64,000 nucleotides of DNA from a virus (Duplodnaviria; Caudoviricetes): IMG/VR virus record IMGVR_UViG_3300009183_004565; one strand, written 5' to 3'. A program made the position numbers and the translations under genes. Positions 8,518 to 18,309 of this stretch are shown piece after piece; position 1 is the first letter of the stretch; each line of letters begins with the position of its first letter. A model generated the notes under the pieces. It had not been told where the DNA came from. It searched no databases and worked only from the letters and a program-made list of their open reading frames with translations.

Positions 8518-9093
8518 ATGCTAATTGTTTATATTCACGGCGCCAGCGCAACTGGAGAAAGTTTTAACTATATTCGTGATCATATTAAAGGTCACGAAGA
8601 ATTAGTCATTGACTACGACAGTCGCAATGGCTTTGAAAAGAATCTAGCCGATATGCGTTATCAATTAAGTGAGTTTCATAGTATGTTTTTTATATGTCAC
8701 AGTCTAGGTGGTATATATGCATTACATCTAGCCGACGAAATGCCTGAACGTGTTCTAGGTGCAATTACGTTAAGTACTCCATATGGCGGGGCTGAGATAG
8801 CTGATGTTGCAAAATACTTTTTGCCATACAGTAGATTATTAAAAGATATTGGGCCCAACTCATGGGCAATGCGGCAAGCAAGGAAGATAGAAATACATCA
8901 TCCTTGGACCAATGTAGTTACCGTTACAGGTAATGCGCCTTGGGTAGTACAACCAAATGACGGGGTAGTTACCATTGCCAGTCAGCGTCATCATGGTCAA
9001 GACATGGAGTTAGTAGAATTAGAATCCAACCACTATGAAGTGGTACTAAGTGATCAAACAGTAAAGATAATTCAAGAAAGGTTACCACAATGA
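8518..9093 (+). CDS. alpha/beta hydrolase
   Basis: VYIHG, CHSLGG nucleophile elbow, STPYGG, NDGVV, terminal NHYE; start moved to 8518 because ATG 8473 lies inside the terminator. Confidence 0.85.
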   Translation: MLIVYIHGASATGESFNYIRDHIKGHEELVIDYDSRNGFEKNLADMRYQLSEFHSMFFICHSLGGIYALHLADEMPERVLGAITLSTPYGGAEIADVAKYFLPYSRLLKDIGPNSWAMRQARKIEIHHPWTNVVTVTGNAPWVVQPNDGVVTIASQRHHGQDMELVELESNHYEVVLSDQTVKIIQERLPQ

Positions 9094-9287
9094 TAGGCGA
9101 AATGTTAGTATGGGGATTTTTCAGCGCACTAGGTTGGATGAGTGCAAACTACACAGTAGAAAAAGTGTTTCCCGAAAAACAAATTAAAGAAGAACAAGTG
9201 TGTTCCATATGGCAAGAAGAAAAACAGTCAGACGGCACTGTACATAGAACAAGAATCTGCGAACCAAACATAAAGACTTCACCTTAG
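9090..9287 (+). CDS. small membrane-anchored or exported protein
   Basis: Hydrophobic N-terminus, Cys pair; ATGA coupling. Confidence 0.55.
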   Translation: MIGEMLVWGFFSALGWMSANYTVEKVFPEKQIKEEQVCSIWQEEKQSDGTVHRTRICEPNIKTSP

Positions 9288-9346
9288 GACCGTGAGGGCG
9301 CGGCTGCTGCGCTACCCACGGGAGTCGTGCCCCAAGGGTTGAAGTG
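9276..9346 (+). ncRNA. putative structured cis-regulatory RNA (unassigned family)
   Basis: GC-rich island with nested stems ACTTCA/TGAAGT, CCTT/AAGG, CCGTG/CACGG, GCGC/GCGC and a 7-nt GGCTGCT loop; outer stem covers the GTG at 9344. Confidence 0.55.
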
Positions 9347-10237
9347 AGCAATAACATTTACGATACTATGCGAATTCAATTTGATTTTATACAAGGTCCA
9401 ATGAGTCTAGAGATTGCGTTACTAGACAATCCTGCTGTTCAGGAATGGGCCAGGAGATTTGTAGGAACAAATTTAAAATTAAGATCAAACTTCTTTGATA
9501 ATTTGTATGTTAGAGCGTGGGATCCTACATACGTACAACAATGTTTAGATAAACTATATATTGACTTATCAGAATTAGCATCCCTAGGATTCCCATATAC
9601 CGGTGTTATGCCAACATGCTTAGATGAAATTACGCGAACATGGACCAATCATTTGCATAGATATTTTACTCATACATTATGGGATGTATGCGAGCAATGT
9701 GATCATCACGCCTCTGATCGCATAAAAGATCTATTGCACGATGTTAACATTTATGTTCACGAAATAGAAGATCATTATCCAAACGAGGCCGAAGGGTTGG
9801 CTGTTGATAGTATTCCAGAAATTTACTTGTCGTCGGAACCAAGTTATAAAGAAAACATCTGGTGGACTATTCCCGACGAGCACAGGCAATACCACAGCAA
9901 AGAATATGCTGATGTAATTATGGGCTCACAGATTCAAGGCAAAACTCTACTCAGGAATTACTTAGATGGCGATAATCCCAACGATAGAGATACTACCGGT
10001 CATTGGGTCGCCGCTGGTGCGTTGAGAATAATGACTACCGACGCTAGGCAAAGAATATACCAAAGTGTAGGATTTAACAATTGGTTACAACGATGGGGAG
10101 TCAATCCTGACGCTGCATACTATGATTTTCCGCTTGGCAACATAACAAATAAAAATCTTTTTCCCCTTATTGTCGATGCTTTTAGTCACGACCACCAAAA
10201 GGGACGATCGCATGTTACAGCATCATATTTTGAATAA
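9344..10237 (+). CDS. hypothetical protein, paralogue 1 of a radical-SAM-adjacent His/Glu family
   Basis: LHRYF, NIYVHEIE, QIQGKTL...YLDGD, FNNWL, DFPLGNI align with 30750, 60641 and 63004 ORFs. Start may be GTG 9344 or ATG 9368. Confidence 0.65.
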   Translation: MSNNIYDTMRIQFDFIQGPMSLEIALLDNPAVQEWARRFVGTNLKLRSNFFDNLYVRAWDPTYVQQCLDKLYIDLSELASLGFPYTGVMPTCLDEITRTWTNHLHRYFTHTLWDVCEQCDHHASDRIKDLLHDVNIYVHEIEDHYPNEAEGLAVDSIPEIYLSSEPSYKENIWWTIPDEHRQYHSKEYADVIMGSQIQGKTLLRNYLDGDNPNDRDTTGHWVAAGALRIMTTDARQRIYQSVGFNNWLQRWGVNPDAAYYDFPLGNITNKNLFPLIVDAFSHDHQKGRSHVTASYFE

Positions 10238-10243
10238 CGTATA

Positions 10244-11398
10244 TTGTCAATGAATCCAAACTACTGCCCTGATTTATTTACTAACCTGTTTGTTCAAAAA
10301 TATGATGCTACACATGCAGAACTTGCATATTGTTGTATAAGCGAAAGAACTACTCCAACAAATAAAATAGACTTTTTTCATAAAAAATTGGAAGATGGAC
10401 GACAATATTTTTTATCAACCGGCGAGTTGCCCAAAGATTGTCAGGTATGTGTAGATTGTGAAAATAACGGAACAATATCACGACGTTTAGCAGAACTGTC
10501 GTATGAACATAGACCTTATACATTTGATCGAGACGTGCTGAGATTACAGTATAACTGTGACAACATTTGTAATTTAAAATGTATTGGGTGTGGTGGATGG
10601 TATAGTTCTGCTTGGATCGAAGATGAAATTAAACTTGGGAGCTTCGGAAGAATTGATCCTACCACCTCAGAAATATTTATTTTTAAACCAACTAAACACA
10701 ATTCAATAATATTAGATCTGGATGTATCTAAAGTGCATTCGGTATATTTCAATGGCGGAGAGCCATTGATGACCAAAGATCACTTAAGAGTATTACAATA
10801 TCTAGTAGAAAACGGAAAACCAAGTAATCAGATTCCAAAAGATATCCATGTTACTTATAATACAAATGCAACTCACCCACTAACAGATGAAATGATAAAA
10901 ATGTGGGAGCAATTTGCTTCTGTACACCTAGTGGCCAGTATTGACGGAATTCATGATTCGTTTGAATATATAAGATTCCCAGCTAATTGGAACAAGGTTG
11001 TAGAAAATATTAATAATTATAGAAATGCTGGAATCCAAACATCTTTTGGTATTAATATTGGTGTTCACAATGTGATGTATTATAAAGAGTTGGAGCAGTT
11101 TTGTTTTGATAATTCTATAGAGTTAACTTATCAGCATGATACCCAAGGAGTGTTATCCTTAGTAAATTTACCAAAACACTTAATACCAACGGTATTGGAG
11201 TATCTTGAAACTTTACCCCAAACCAAAACTAAAGAAATATTAATAAACTGTGTATCCAAGATTCAACAACCGGATGTTTCAGCGTGGGTCAATTGGCTTA
11301 GTAAATTAGATTCCATACGTGGGAATAATTGGAAAAAAAGTTTGCATCGCCTTTATGATTTAGACCCTAAATATTTTGACTCTATTGAAATATTGTAG
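10244..11398 (+). CDS. radical SAM protein with twitch/SPASM-type Cys cluster
   Basis: CNLKCIGC, YFNGGEPL, YNTNAT, ASIDG; N-terminal YCP...YCC...CQVC. Confidence 0.9.
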   Translation: MSMNPNYCPDLFTNLFVQKYDATHAELAYCCISERTTPTNKIDFFHKKLEDGRQYFLSTGELPKDCQVCVDCENNGTISRRLAELSYEHRPYTFDRDVLRLQYNCDNICNLKCIGCGGWYSSAWIEDEIKLGSFGRIDPTTSEIFIFKPTKHNSIILDLDVSKVHSVYFNGGEPLMTKDHLRVLQYLVENGKPSNQIPKDIHVTYNTNATHPLTDEMIKMWEQFASVHLVASIDGIHDSFEYIRFPANWNKVVENINNYRNAGIQTSFGINIGVHNVMYYKELEQFCFDNSIELTYQHDTQGVLSLVNLPKHLIPTVLEYLETLPQTKTKEILINCVSKIQQPDVSAWVNWLSKLDSIRGNNWKKSLHRLYDLDPKYFDSIEIL

Positions 11399-11404
11399 TA
11401 TAAT
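11376..11404 (+). promoter_or_regulatory. sigma70-type promoter
   Basis: TTGACT-17-TATAAT, then AGGAG SD before 11432. Confidence 0.85.
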
Positions 11405-11431
11405 CATATTCTTAACCTATAGGAGTCGCAG

Positions 11432-11692
11432 ATGACATCAAGAATGTTTAGTTCTGAGCAAAAAGCAAAACTTACACAAATTATCAACGAAGGGATGGCA
11501 GTCATGCAAGAAGTCGAAGATCTCAATGCAGGATTAGCCGATACTGTCAAAGCCATTGCAGAAGAAATGGAAATTAAACCAGCTATCCTTAAGAAAGCCA
11601 TTCGCATTGCACACAAAGCCAGACTCGGTGACGAAAATGCCGATCATGAGGAGCTTAACACTATTCTTGAAACAGTAGGCAAAACTCTTTGA
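11432..11692 (+). CDS. T4 DsbA/GapR-like dsDNA-binding protein
   Basis: 86-aa helical protein, ...DTVKAIAEEMEIKPAILKKAIRIAHK pattern, upstream of the polymerase. Confidence 0.6.
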   Translation: MTSRMFSSEQKAKLTQIINEGMAVMQEVEDLNAGLADTVKAIAEEMEIKPAILKKAIRIAHKARLGDENADHEELNTILETVGKTL

Positions 11693-11979
11693 ACGAGTTA
11701 TTGCATAAAACTTTTGCCTGGATACAAGAGGATTGGCGTAGCCACAAATTAAGATTTTTTGTTGAAATATTAGGCTGGGCATGTAGTATTGGGTGTGCGC
11801 TTACGTTTGCGCTCACTGTGCCCAATCCTCCTTTATTTGTGTTATATCCAATTTGGATCATTGGGTGTTTACTATACACATGGGCTTCATGGAGTCGACG
11901 TAGTTTTGGTATGTTACTTAATTACCTGTTATTAACAACTATAGACTCAATTGGTCTTGCAAGATTACTACTTAACTAG
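11689..11979 (+). CDS. small membrane protein
   Basis: Three hydrophobic segments; overlapping start/stop coupling. Confidence 0.65.
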   Translation: MNELLHKTFAWIQEDWRSHKLRFFVEILGWACSIGCALTFALTVPNPPLFVLYPIWIIGCLLYTWASWSRRSFGMLLNYLLLTTIDSIGLARLLLN

Positions 11980-11985
11980 TATAAT
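11957..11985 (+). promoter_or_regulatory. sigma70-type promoter, probably giving a leaderless polymerase mRNA
   Basis: TTGCAA-17-TATAAT, 5 nt before ATG 11991; no SD. Confidence 0.65.
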
Positions 11986-11990
11986 AAACT

Positions 11991-14651
11991 ATGAGTTACA
12001 TTGACGCCTTGTACGACAGAAATGCAGACCGTATCCACATTGTGGAACGAGTCAACGATGAACGAGTATATCGAGAATATCCAGCCAATCACATATTTTA
12101 CTACGATGACCCACGTGGGAAGTATCGCACCGTATACGGAACTCCAGTAAGTAGATTCTCTAGTCGTTCAAATAAAGAATATCAAAAAGAGTTACGCATT
12201 AACAGTAACAAACGTCTTTGGGAATCGGATATCAATCCTGTATTCCGTTGCCTTGAAGAAAACTATTCTGGAACAACCTCTCCAAAACTACACACGGCAT
12301 TCTTTGACATTGAGGTTGACTTTGATCCAGTAAAAGGATTTAGTAAGCCCGAAGATCCGTTTAATCCAATTACTGCTATTTCCATTTATATGGATTGGTT
12401 GGACAAAATGGTTACATTGGTTATTCCGCCAAAGAGCTATAGTTGGGAGACTGCACAAGAAATTTGCAATCAATTTGATAACTGTTTCTTATTTGAACGT
12501 GAACAAGATCTACTTAGTACATTCTTGGATCTCATTGACGATGCAGATATACTAAGTGGCTGGAACTCAGAAGGCTTTGATATTCCGTACATGACCATGC
12601 GTATTACTCGTGTGTTGAGCAAAGATGATACACGTAGATTCTGTTTGTGGGGGCAACTACCCAAGCAACGTACATTCGAACGCTTTGGTGCAGAGAACTT
12701 GACCTTTGACTTGATTGGTCGTGTGCATATGGACTATATGCAACTGTATCGTAAGTACACATATGAAGAACGTCACAGTTATTCACTTGACGCCATTGGT
12801 GAATATGAACTAGACGAGCGTAAAACACAATACGAAGGTACACTGGATCAACTGTACAACAAAGACTTTCCCGAGTTTATCAAGTATAATCGACAAGATA
12901 CTATGCTTGTTGCCAAACTAGATAAGAAATTACGATTCCTAGATCTAGCCAATGAACTTGCACATGATAATACTGTGCTACTGCCCACTACTATGGGTGC
13001 AGTGGCAGTTACCGAGCAGGCAATTATTAATGAAGCACATCAACGTGGTATGGTAGTACCTAACAGGAAAGGTAGAGATGATCAAGGTGACACGCAAGCG
13101 GCAGGTGCCTATGTTGCTTTTCCCAAAAGGGGCATGCACGACTGGATCGGAGCCATTGACATCAACTCGCTCTATCCCTCGGCTATTAGAGCCCTTAACA
13201 TGGCGCAAGAAAGTATTGTTGGGCAACTCCGACCAATAATGACAGACAAATATATTCAAGATAAAATGACTGCAGGCAGCAGTTTTGCTGATGCCTGGGA
13301 AAACATGTTTGGTAGTCTTGAGTATACTGCGGTAATGGCAGGAGAGCCAGGAACTGAAATTACCGTTGACTGGGAAGCCGGCGGATCGGATGTAATGAGT
13401 GCTGCTGATATATGGAGATTAATCTTTGACTCAAATAAACCTTGGATGCTTAGTGCAAACGGCACAATCTTTAGCTACGAACAAAAAGCCATTGTACCCG
13501 GATTACTGGAACGATGGTACGCGGAACGAAAAGAGCTCCAGGCAAAGAAAAAGGAATCCACAACCGACGAAGACAAAGCCTTCTGGGACAAACGACAACT
13601 TGTCAAGAAGATTAACCTTAACAGTCTCTACGGAGCAATCCTTAATCCTGGATGTAGATTTTTCGACAAAAGGATTGGTCAAAGCACTACTCTCACTGGA
13701 CGAATCATTGCTAGGCACATGGATGCATATATCAATGAGTGCATCATGGGGGAATACGACCATGTGGGCGAAAGCATCATCTATGGAGACACTGACTCAT
13801 GTTATTTTACAGCTTGGCCGGCTATCCGAAGTGAAGTTGAATCAGGACGAATGGAATGGAATAAAGAAATTTGTGCCCAACTGTACGACACCATTGCGGA
13901 ACAAGTTAACGACAGCTTCCCAGCATTTATGGAACGAGCTTGCCATGTGCCGAGGTCTATGGGTGGACTCATTAAAGGTGGTCGCGAACTCGTGGCCTCC
14001 AAAGGGCTCTTTATTAAAAAGAAGCGATATGCAGTCCTCATATATGATCTCGAAGGAGTCAGGCTTGACAGTCATGGCAAGCCCGGCAAGGTCAAGGCTA
14101 TGGGTCTTGACCTAAAGCGTTCAGACACGCCCAAGGTTGTGCAAGACTTCTTGAGTGAACTGTTAACTGCTGTGCTAACTGGTGCAGCACGGGAAGAAAT
14201 ATACGATCGTGTTCGTGAATTTAAAATAGCATTCCAAGACCGACCTGCATGGGAAAAAGGTACACCTAAACGTGTAAACAACTTGACCAAGTATGGCAAA
14301 GAAGAAGAACGTCTAGGCCGTGCTAACATGCCCGGACATGTTCGTGCTGCTCTTAACTGGAACAATCTACGTCGTATGCATGGCGATCAATACAGCTTGG
14401 CCATTGTTGATGGTATGAAAACCATTGTTTGTAAATTAAAAGATAATCCGTTAGGATATACTAGTGTTGGTTATCCCACAGATGAAACTCATATTCCGCA
14501 ATGGTTTAAGGATTTACCTTTTGATGATGGACTCATGGAAGCCACTATTGTAAATCAGAAGGTAGAAAATCTATTAGGTGTACTAGAGTGGGATATTCCC
14601 AATCATACTGATATCAAAACAACATTTGATAGCTTGTTTAGTTTTGAGTAA
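11991..14651 (+). CDS. polB: family B DNA polymerase (gp43-like) with 3'-5' exonuclease
   Basis: Exo FFDIEV, GWNSEGFD, YNRQD; pol DINSLYPS, KINLNSLYG, YGDTDS; no intein-sized insertion. Confidence 0.97.
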   Translation: MSYIDALYDRNADRIHIVERVNDERVYREYPANHIFYYDDPRGKYRTVYGTPVSRFSSRSNKEYQKELRINSNKRLWESDINPVFRCLEENYSGTTSPKLHTAFFDIEVDFDPVKGFSKPEDPFNPITAISIYMDWLDKMVTLVIPPKSYSWETAQEICNQFDNCFLFEREQDLLSTFLDLIDDADILSGWNSEGFDIPYMTMRITRVLSKDDTRRFCLWGQLPKQRTFERFGAENLTFDLIGRVHMDYMQLYRKYTYEERHSYSLDAIGEYELDERKTQYEGTLDQLYNKDFPEFIKYNRQDTMLVAKLDKKLRFLDLANELAHDNTVLLPTTMGAVAVTEQAIINEAHQRGMVVPNRKGRDDQGDTQAAGAYVAFPKRGMHDWIGAIDINSLYPSAIRALNMAQESIVGQLRPIMTDKYIQDKMTAGSSFADAWENMFGSLEYTAVMAGEPGTEITVDWEAGGSDVMSAADIWRLIFDSNKPWMLSANGTIFSYEQKAIVPGLLERWYAERKELQAKKKESTTDEDKAFWDKRQLVKKINLNSLYGAILNPGCRFFDKRIGQSTTLTGRIIARHMDAYINECIMGEYDHVGESIIYGDTDSCYFTAWPAIRSEVESGRMEWNKEICAQLYDTIAEQVNDSFPAFMERACHVPRSMGGLIKGGRELVASKGLFIKKKRYAVLIYDLEGVRLDSHGKPGKVKAMGLDLKRSDTPKVVQDFLSELLTAVLTGAAREEIYDRVREFKIAFQDRPAWEKGTPKRVNNLTKYGKEEERLGRANMPGHVRAALNWNNLRRMHGDQYSLAIVDGMKTIVCKLKDNPLGYTSVGYPTDETHIPQWFKDLPFDDGLMEATIVNQKVENLLGVLEWDIPNHTDIKTTFDSLFSFE

Positions 14652-14657
14652 ATATGA

Positions 14658-15620
14658 ATGTATACAATTATTGATAATGTATGGCATAAATCAATGAAAC
14701 TACATCAACTAGTAGGATTACGAAACGAATTGCAAGAATCAATTGAACTCTCTACGATTCTACAAGGTGTACAAAAAAATCAAGATACGTTAAATCACAT
14801 TATTTTTCAAGCAGACGAAAAGTATGGGCAGAGAATTGCTGACTTGTCCAAAAAGCATGCTCGAGTGATTGAAGTAGTACAAGAAGATTTACAAGAAATT
14901 AAACAGTTAGTTGAAGAGTTAAATGCCGAGATATCTCATGAAACTGCTCGTTTCTTTCATGAAAATTATCAAACAGAATGCATGTTTACAGATCCAAGAG
15001 AGATACGTAATCATAAATTGTTGGAAATGGCCGAAGGCAGCAGAGAAGTATTAGAATCAAGAGTAGGTCTATATTGTGACTGGAAATATGCCACGTTAGA
15101 AATAGGATGCAGGGATGGCGAATGGACCAAAAAACTAATTGCTGCAGATCCATTGTACATTACTGATATCAACGAGGAGTTTCTTATAAGCACTGTTAAT
15201 CAGTTTACCAAGGAATATCAAGCACGACTCCGAAAGTATTTGGTTAAAGATTATCAGATATCTAACTTACCTATAAACCAATTTGGATTTATTTTTAGTT
15301 ACAATTTTTTTAATTATCTAAGCCTAGACAGTATTAAACAATTGTTAATTCAAGCCAACCAATGGTTAAAACCTGGTGGCGTAATGATGTTTACTTATAA
15401 CAATGCCGACATGAGTGCCAGTGCTGGCATGTGTGAAGGTTACTTTATGACCTATGTTCCAAAAAGCATGTTGGCCCCAATGGTAGAAAGTCTAGGGTAC
15501 GAAATAATAAGTGCCCCGGACTATAATCCCTCGACTAGTTGGATTGAAATTAGGAAGCCCGGAATTTTAAAAACTGTCAAAGCTCACCAAGCATTAGGTG
15601 AAATAGTACACAGAGGTTAG
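14658..15620 (+). CDS. class I SAM-dependent methyltransferase with N-terminal coiled coil
   Basis: TLEIGCRDGEW (motif I), YITD, FGFIFSYNFFNY, LKPGG; true start may be 14694 (MKLHQL). Confidence 0.75.
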   Translation: MYTIIDNVWHKSMKLHQLVGLRNELQESIELSTILQGVQKNQDTLNHIIFQADEKYGQRIADLSKKHARVIEVVQEDLQEIKQLVEELNAEISHETARFFHENYQTECMFTDPREIRNHKLLEMAEGSREVLESRVGLYCDWKYATLEIGCRDGEWTKKLIAADPLYITDINEEFLISTVNQFTKEYQARLRKYLVKDYQISNLPINQFGFIFSYNFFNYLSLDSIKQLLIQANQWLKPGGVMMFTYNNADMSASAGMCEGYFMTYVPKSMLAPMVESLGYEIISAPDYNPSTSWIEIRKPGILKTVKAHQALGEIVHRG

Positions 15621-15649
15621 TTGACTTTTCTAAATACAATAGTTACAAT
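15621..15649 (+). promoter_or_regulatory. sigma70-type promoter with nested late TAAATA
   Basis: TTGACT-17-TACAAT; TAAATA at 15631-15636; AGGAG SD before 15674. Confidence 0.7.
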
Positions 15650-15673
15650 TACAAATATTCTTAGGAGAAATAA

Positions 15674-16405
15674 ATGCGAGATTACTTACTCGATATAGTA
15701 TCACACACTCATAGTTTGGGTGTTATTGATTTAGTTAAAATTACCGGTACTGATTCGTTGACTCTTGTTAACGCAGTTGGCGAAGAACGTGTGGCTATTG
15801 TGGAAGCACAATTTCATAATCCTGTTCCAGAGTTTATGGGTACCTTTGGTATGCCTAATCTGGGCAAACTTAATACCATTCTTAATATTCCTGAGTACAA
15901 GGAAGATGCCAAACTGTCTATTATCTCTAAAGACGTCGAAGGTGTCAAGACACCCGAAGGCATTCATTTTGAAAACAAAGAAGGAGATTTTAAAAATAGT
16001 TATCGATTCATGAGTGCCAATGTAGTAAACAACACTTTGCAAACAGTTAAGTTTAAAGGTGTTAAATGGGGAGTAGAAATTGAACCCAGCGTGACTTCGA
16101 TACAGAAACTTCGATTTCAAGCACAAGCCAATAGTGAAGAAACAAGTTTTATTGCCAAAGTTGAAAATGGTAATTTAGTATTCTATTTTGGTGATCATAG
16201 TAGTCATGCTGGTAACTTTGTGTTTGCACACGATGTAGCAGGAACATTGACCAAAGCATGGCATTGGCCAATTGCTGCTGTAATTAGTATTTTGGCATTG
16301 CCTGGTGATAAAATGATTAGATTCAGTGACGAAGGTGCAGCTCAAATTACGGTGGATTCTGGATTAGCCGTTTATAATTATATCTTGCCAGCACAAACCA
16401 AGTGA
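15674..16405 (+). CDS. probable DNA polymerase sliding clamp (gp45-like)
   Basis: 243 aa, alternating beta/alpha pattern ending YNYILPA, close to polB, own strong promoter and SD. Confidence 0.55.
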   Translation: MRDYLLDIVSHTHSLGVIDLVKITGTDSLTLVNAVGEERVAIVEAQFHNPVPEFMGTFGMPNLGKLNTILNIPEYKEDAKLSIISKDVEGVKTPEGIHFENKEGDFKNSYRFMSANVVNNTLQTVKFKGVKWGVEIEPSVTSIQKLRFQAQANSEETSFIAKVENGNLVFYFGDHSSHAGNFVFAHDVAGTLTKAWHWPIAAVISILALPGDKMIRFSDEGAAQITVDSGLAVYNYILPAQTK

Positions 16406-17046
16406 TAGATTTTATAGAATATTATAAAACAAAGGGTCATGTGTTCGGCGAATGTATGAGTAAAGCCGACACTGACCTTATGTACGTTAATATTCCTAAA
16501 AATGCCAGTTCATGGACCAAACCTAATTTAAAAGATTGGGGATGGGAGAATTACAACTATCATACTGATAATTTGTATCATAAACATGCTATAATAGTTT
16601 TGCGTAATCCAGTTGAACGTTGGTTAAGTGGCATTGCTGAATACATGTATCTGTACCATAGAAATTTAGATACAGCACATTTTTCAAATTGTTTTTTTGA
16701 TTTAGTATTTGATAGAATAGCATTTGACGATCACACCGAACAACAAGTATTATTCTTAGAAGGATTGAATCTTACTAACTGTACTTTCTTTTGGTGTGGA
16801 TCTCAATATAGAGAACTATTCAGTCATTTTTTAAATAATCGCGGAATGAGTAATAGATATTTCAATTACGATTATCAACATGTGACACAAGATGATCCTA
16901 TCAGAAGTCAATTCAAACAAACTTTTAAACAGGTACTAGATAAAAATTCTAAATACACTACGAATTTGGATAATTTTTTTTCTAAAGACTACAAACTAAT
17001 TAGATCTATTAATTTTTATGACAATCATTCAATCTTTTCAAATTAG
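16402..17046 (+). CDS. sulfotransferase family 2-like protein
   Basis: YVNIPKNASSW (5'-PSB-like) and LRNPVERWLSG (3'-PB-like). Confidence 0.65.
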   Translation: MIDFIEYYKTKGHVFGECMSKADTDLMYVNIPKNASSWTKPNLKDWGWENYNYHTDNLYHKHAIIVLRNPVERWLSGIAEYMYLYHRNLDTAHFSNCFFDLVFDRIAFDDHTEQQVLFLEGLNLTNCTFFWCGSQYRELFSHFLNNRGMSNRYFNYDYQHVTQDDPIRSQFKQTFKQVLDKNSKYTTNLDNFFSKDYKLIRSINFYDNHSIFSN

Positions 17047-17668
17047 AGGACTAATTGACCCAACAGAAAAATTTATATTCCTGGATGTATCAAAAAATGC
17101 CTCTACAAAGATTCTAAATACTCTGCGTAATGCCGAATGGACCAATTTGCCTGTTATGGAACGAAAAGAAAAAAATAATTTTCTTAACGACAAAATACTT
17201 TTTTCTGTACTAAGGGAACCATATGAGAGATGGGTAAGCGGATTTACAACATATGCTAAGTTGCCAGGAGCCAGGGGAACTCTTAATCTCTCGTTGTATA
17301 GATTATTAAACTCAGATCATTGGTACATTACTTTACAATCAATATTTGACTTTAGTGATAATTTTGAATTTGATATTCATACTCAATTACAATGCAATTG
17401 TTTTGACAGTTATAATGATACAAATACAGATATTAACTTTTTTCTACTTAACGAAAATGTTTGGTCCAATTTGCAAAATTGGTGCGATACTGTTAATTTA
17501 GAAATATTTTTTAACGATCGTTATGTAAATCAAACAGCCAAATCAAATTTAATATATAATCGAATAGTATCGTTTCTAGATACAAATCCTCGTTATAAAG
17601 AAAAATTAATGACTTGGTTACAACCTGATTACGATTTTTTTAACTCAGTGAAATTTGTTGCCCAATGA
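17018..17668 (+). CDS. sulfotransferase family 2-like protein
   Basis: FLDVSKNASTKI and LREPYERWVSG. Confidence 0.65.
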   Translation: MTIIQSFQIRGLIDPTEKFIFLDVSKNASTKILNTLRNAEWTNLPVMERKEKNNFLNDKILFSVLREPYERWVSGFTTYAKLPGARGTLNLSLYRLLNSDHWYITLQSIFDFSDNFEFDIHTQLQCNCFDSYNDTNTDINFFLLNENVWSNLQNWCDTVNLEIFFNDRYVNQTAKSNLIYNRIVSFLDTNPRYKEKLMTWLQPDYDFFNSVKFVAQ

Positions 17669-18309
17669 AATTAATAAAATACTGGTACGCGGACTCTCTA
17701 ATAGATCCAGATCAAAAATTTTGGTATCTTCCAATATATAAAAATGCCAGCACTAAGATTACCTCATGTTTAAAAAGAAAGAATTGGGATACACTAATTC
17801 GCACCAATATAATCAACGAAGATAAGTTTGTTAATAAATCTGTGCAATTTGCAATACTTCGCGACCCATACGAGCGTTGGATCTCTACTTATGTTTCTTA
17901 TATTAAAAATCCTATATTTGATCAATCTTCTTTGAATTCTCTGTTAGCATCAAAAAATAAAGATGATTTTGTTGAATTGCTATTTAATCGTGCACCTATT
18001 CAAGAATTTGATATGTATACCAATTTACAATCTGTAGCACTTTTAGATCATCCAGACTTAAAAAAAATTAACTTTTTTTGGCTCAATGGTCAGACTGGAT
18101 ATCAATTAAATAAATGGCTTCAGTCTCATAATGAAATAACATCATTGAATAACAGTATAGAAAACGGGATTGATAAAAAAGACCCACTATACCGAGAAGT
18201 AATTTCTTTTTTATTTAATTACAAGAATCATAAAATTAAAAACAAAATAATGGATTATTTACAACCAGACTACGATTTTATAAGCGGAATTAATTTTTAT
18301 GCAAGATAA
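17665..18309 (+). CDS. sulfotransferase family 2-like protein
   Basis: YLPIYKNASTKI and LRDPYERWIS. Confidence 0.65.
   Translation: MKLIKYWYADSLIDPDQKFWYLPIYKNASTKITSCLKRKNWDTLIRTNIINEDKFVNKSVQFAILRDPYERWISTYVSYIKNPIFDQSSLNSLLASKNKDDFVELLFNRAPIQEFDMYTNLQSVALLDHPDLKKINFFWLNGQTGYQLNKWLQSHNEITSLNNSIENGIDKKDPLYREVISFLFNYKNHKIKNKIMDYLQPDYDFISGINFYAR

Noticed and set aside
11991-14651. Intein or intron in the DNA polymerase
   Set aside because: 886 aa with all motifs at normal spacing; no C/S...HN splice junction or LAGLIDADG block.
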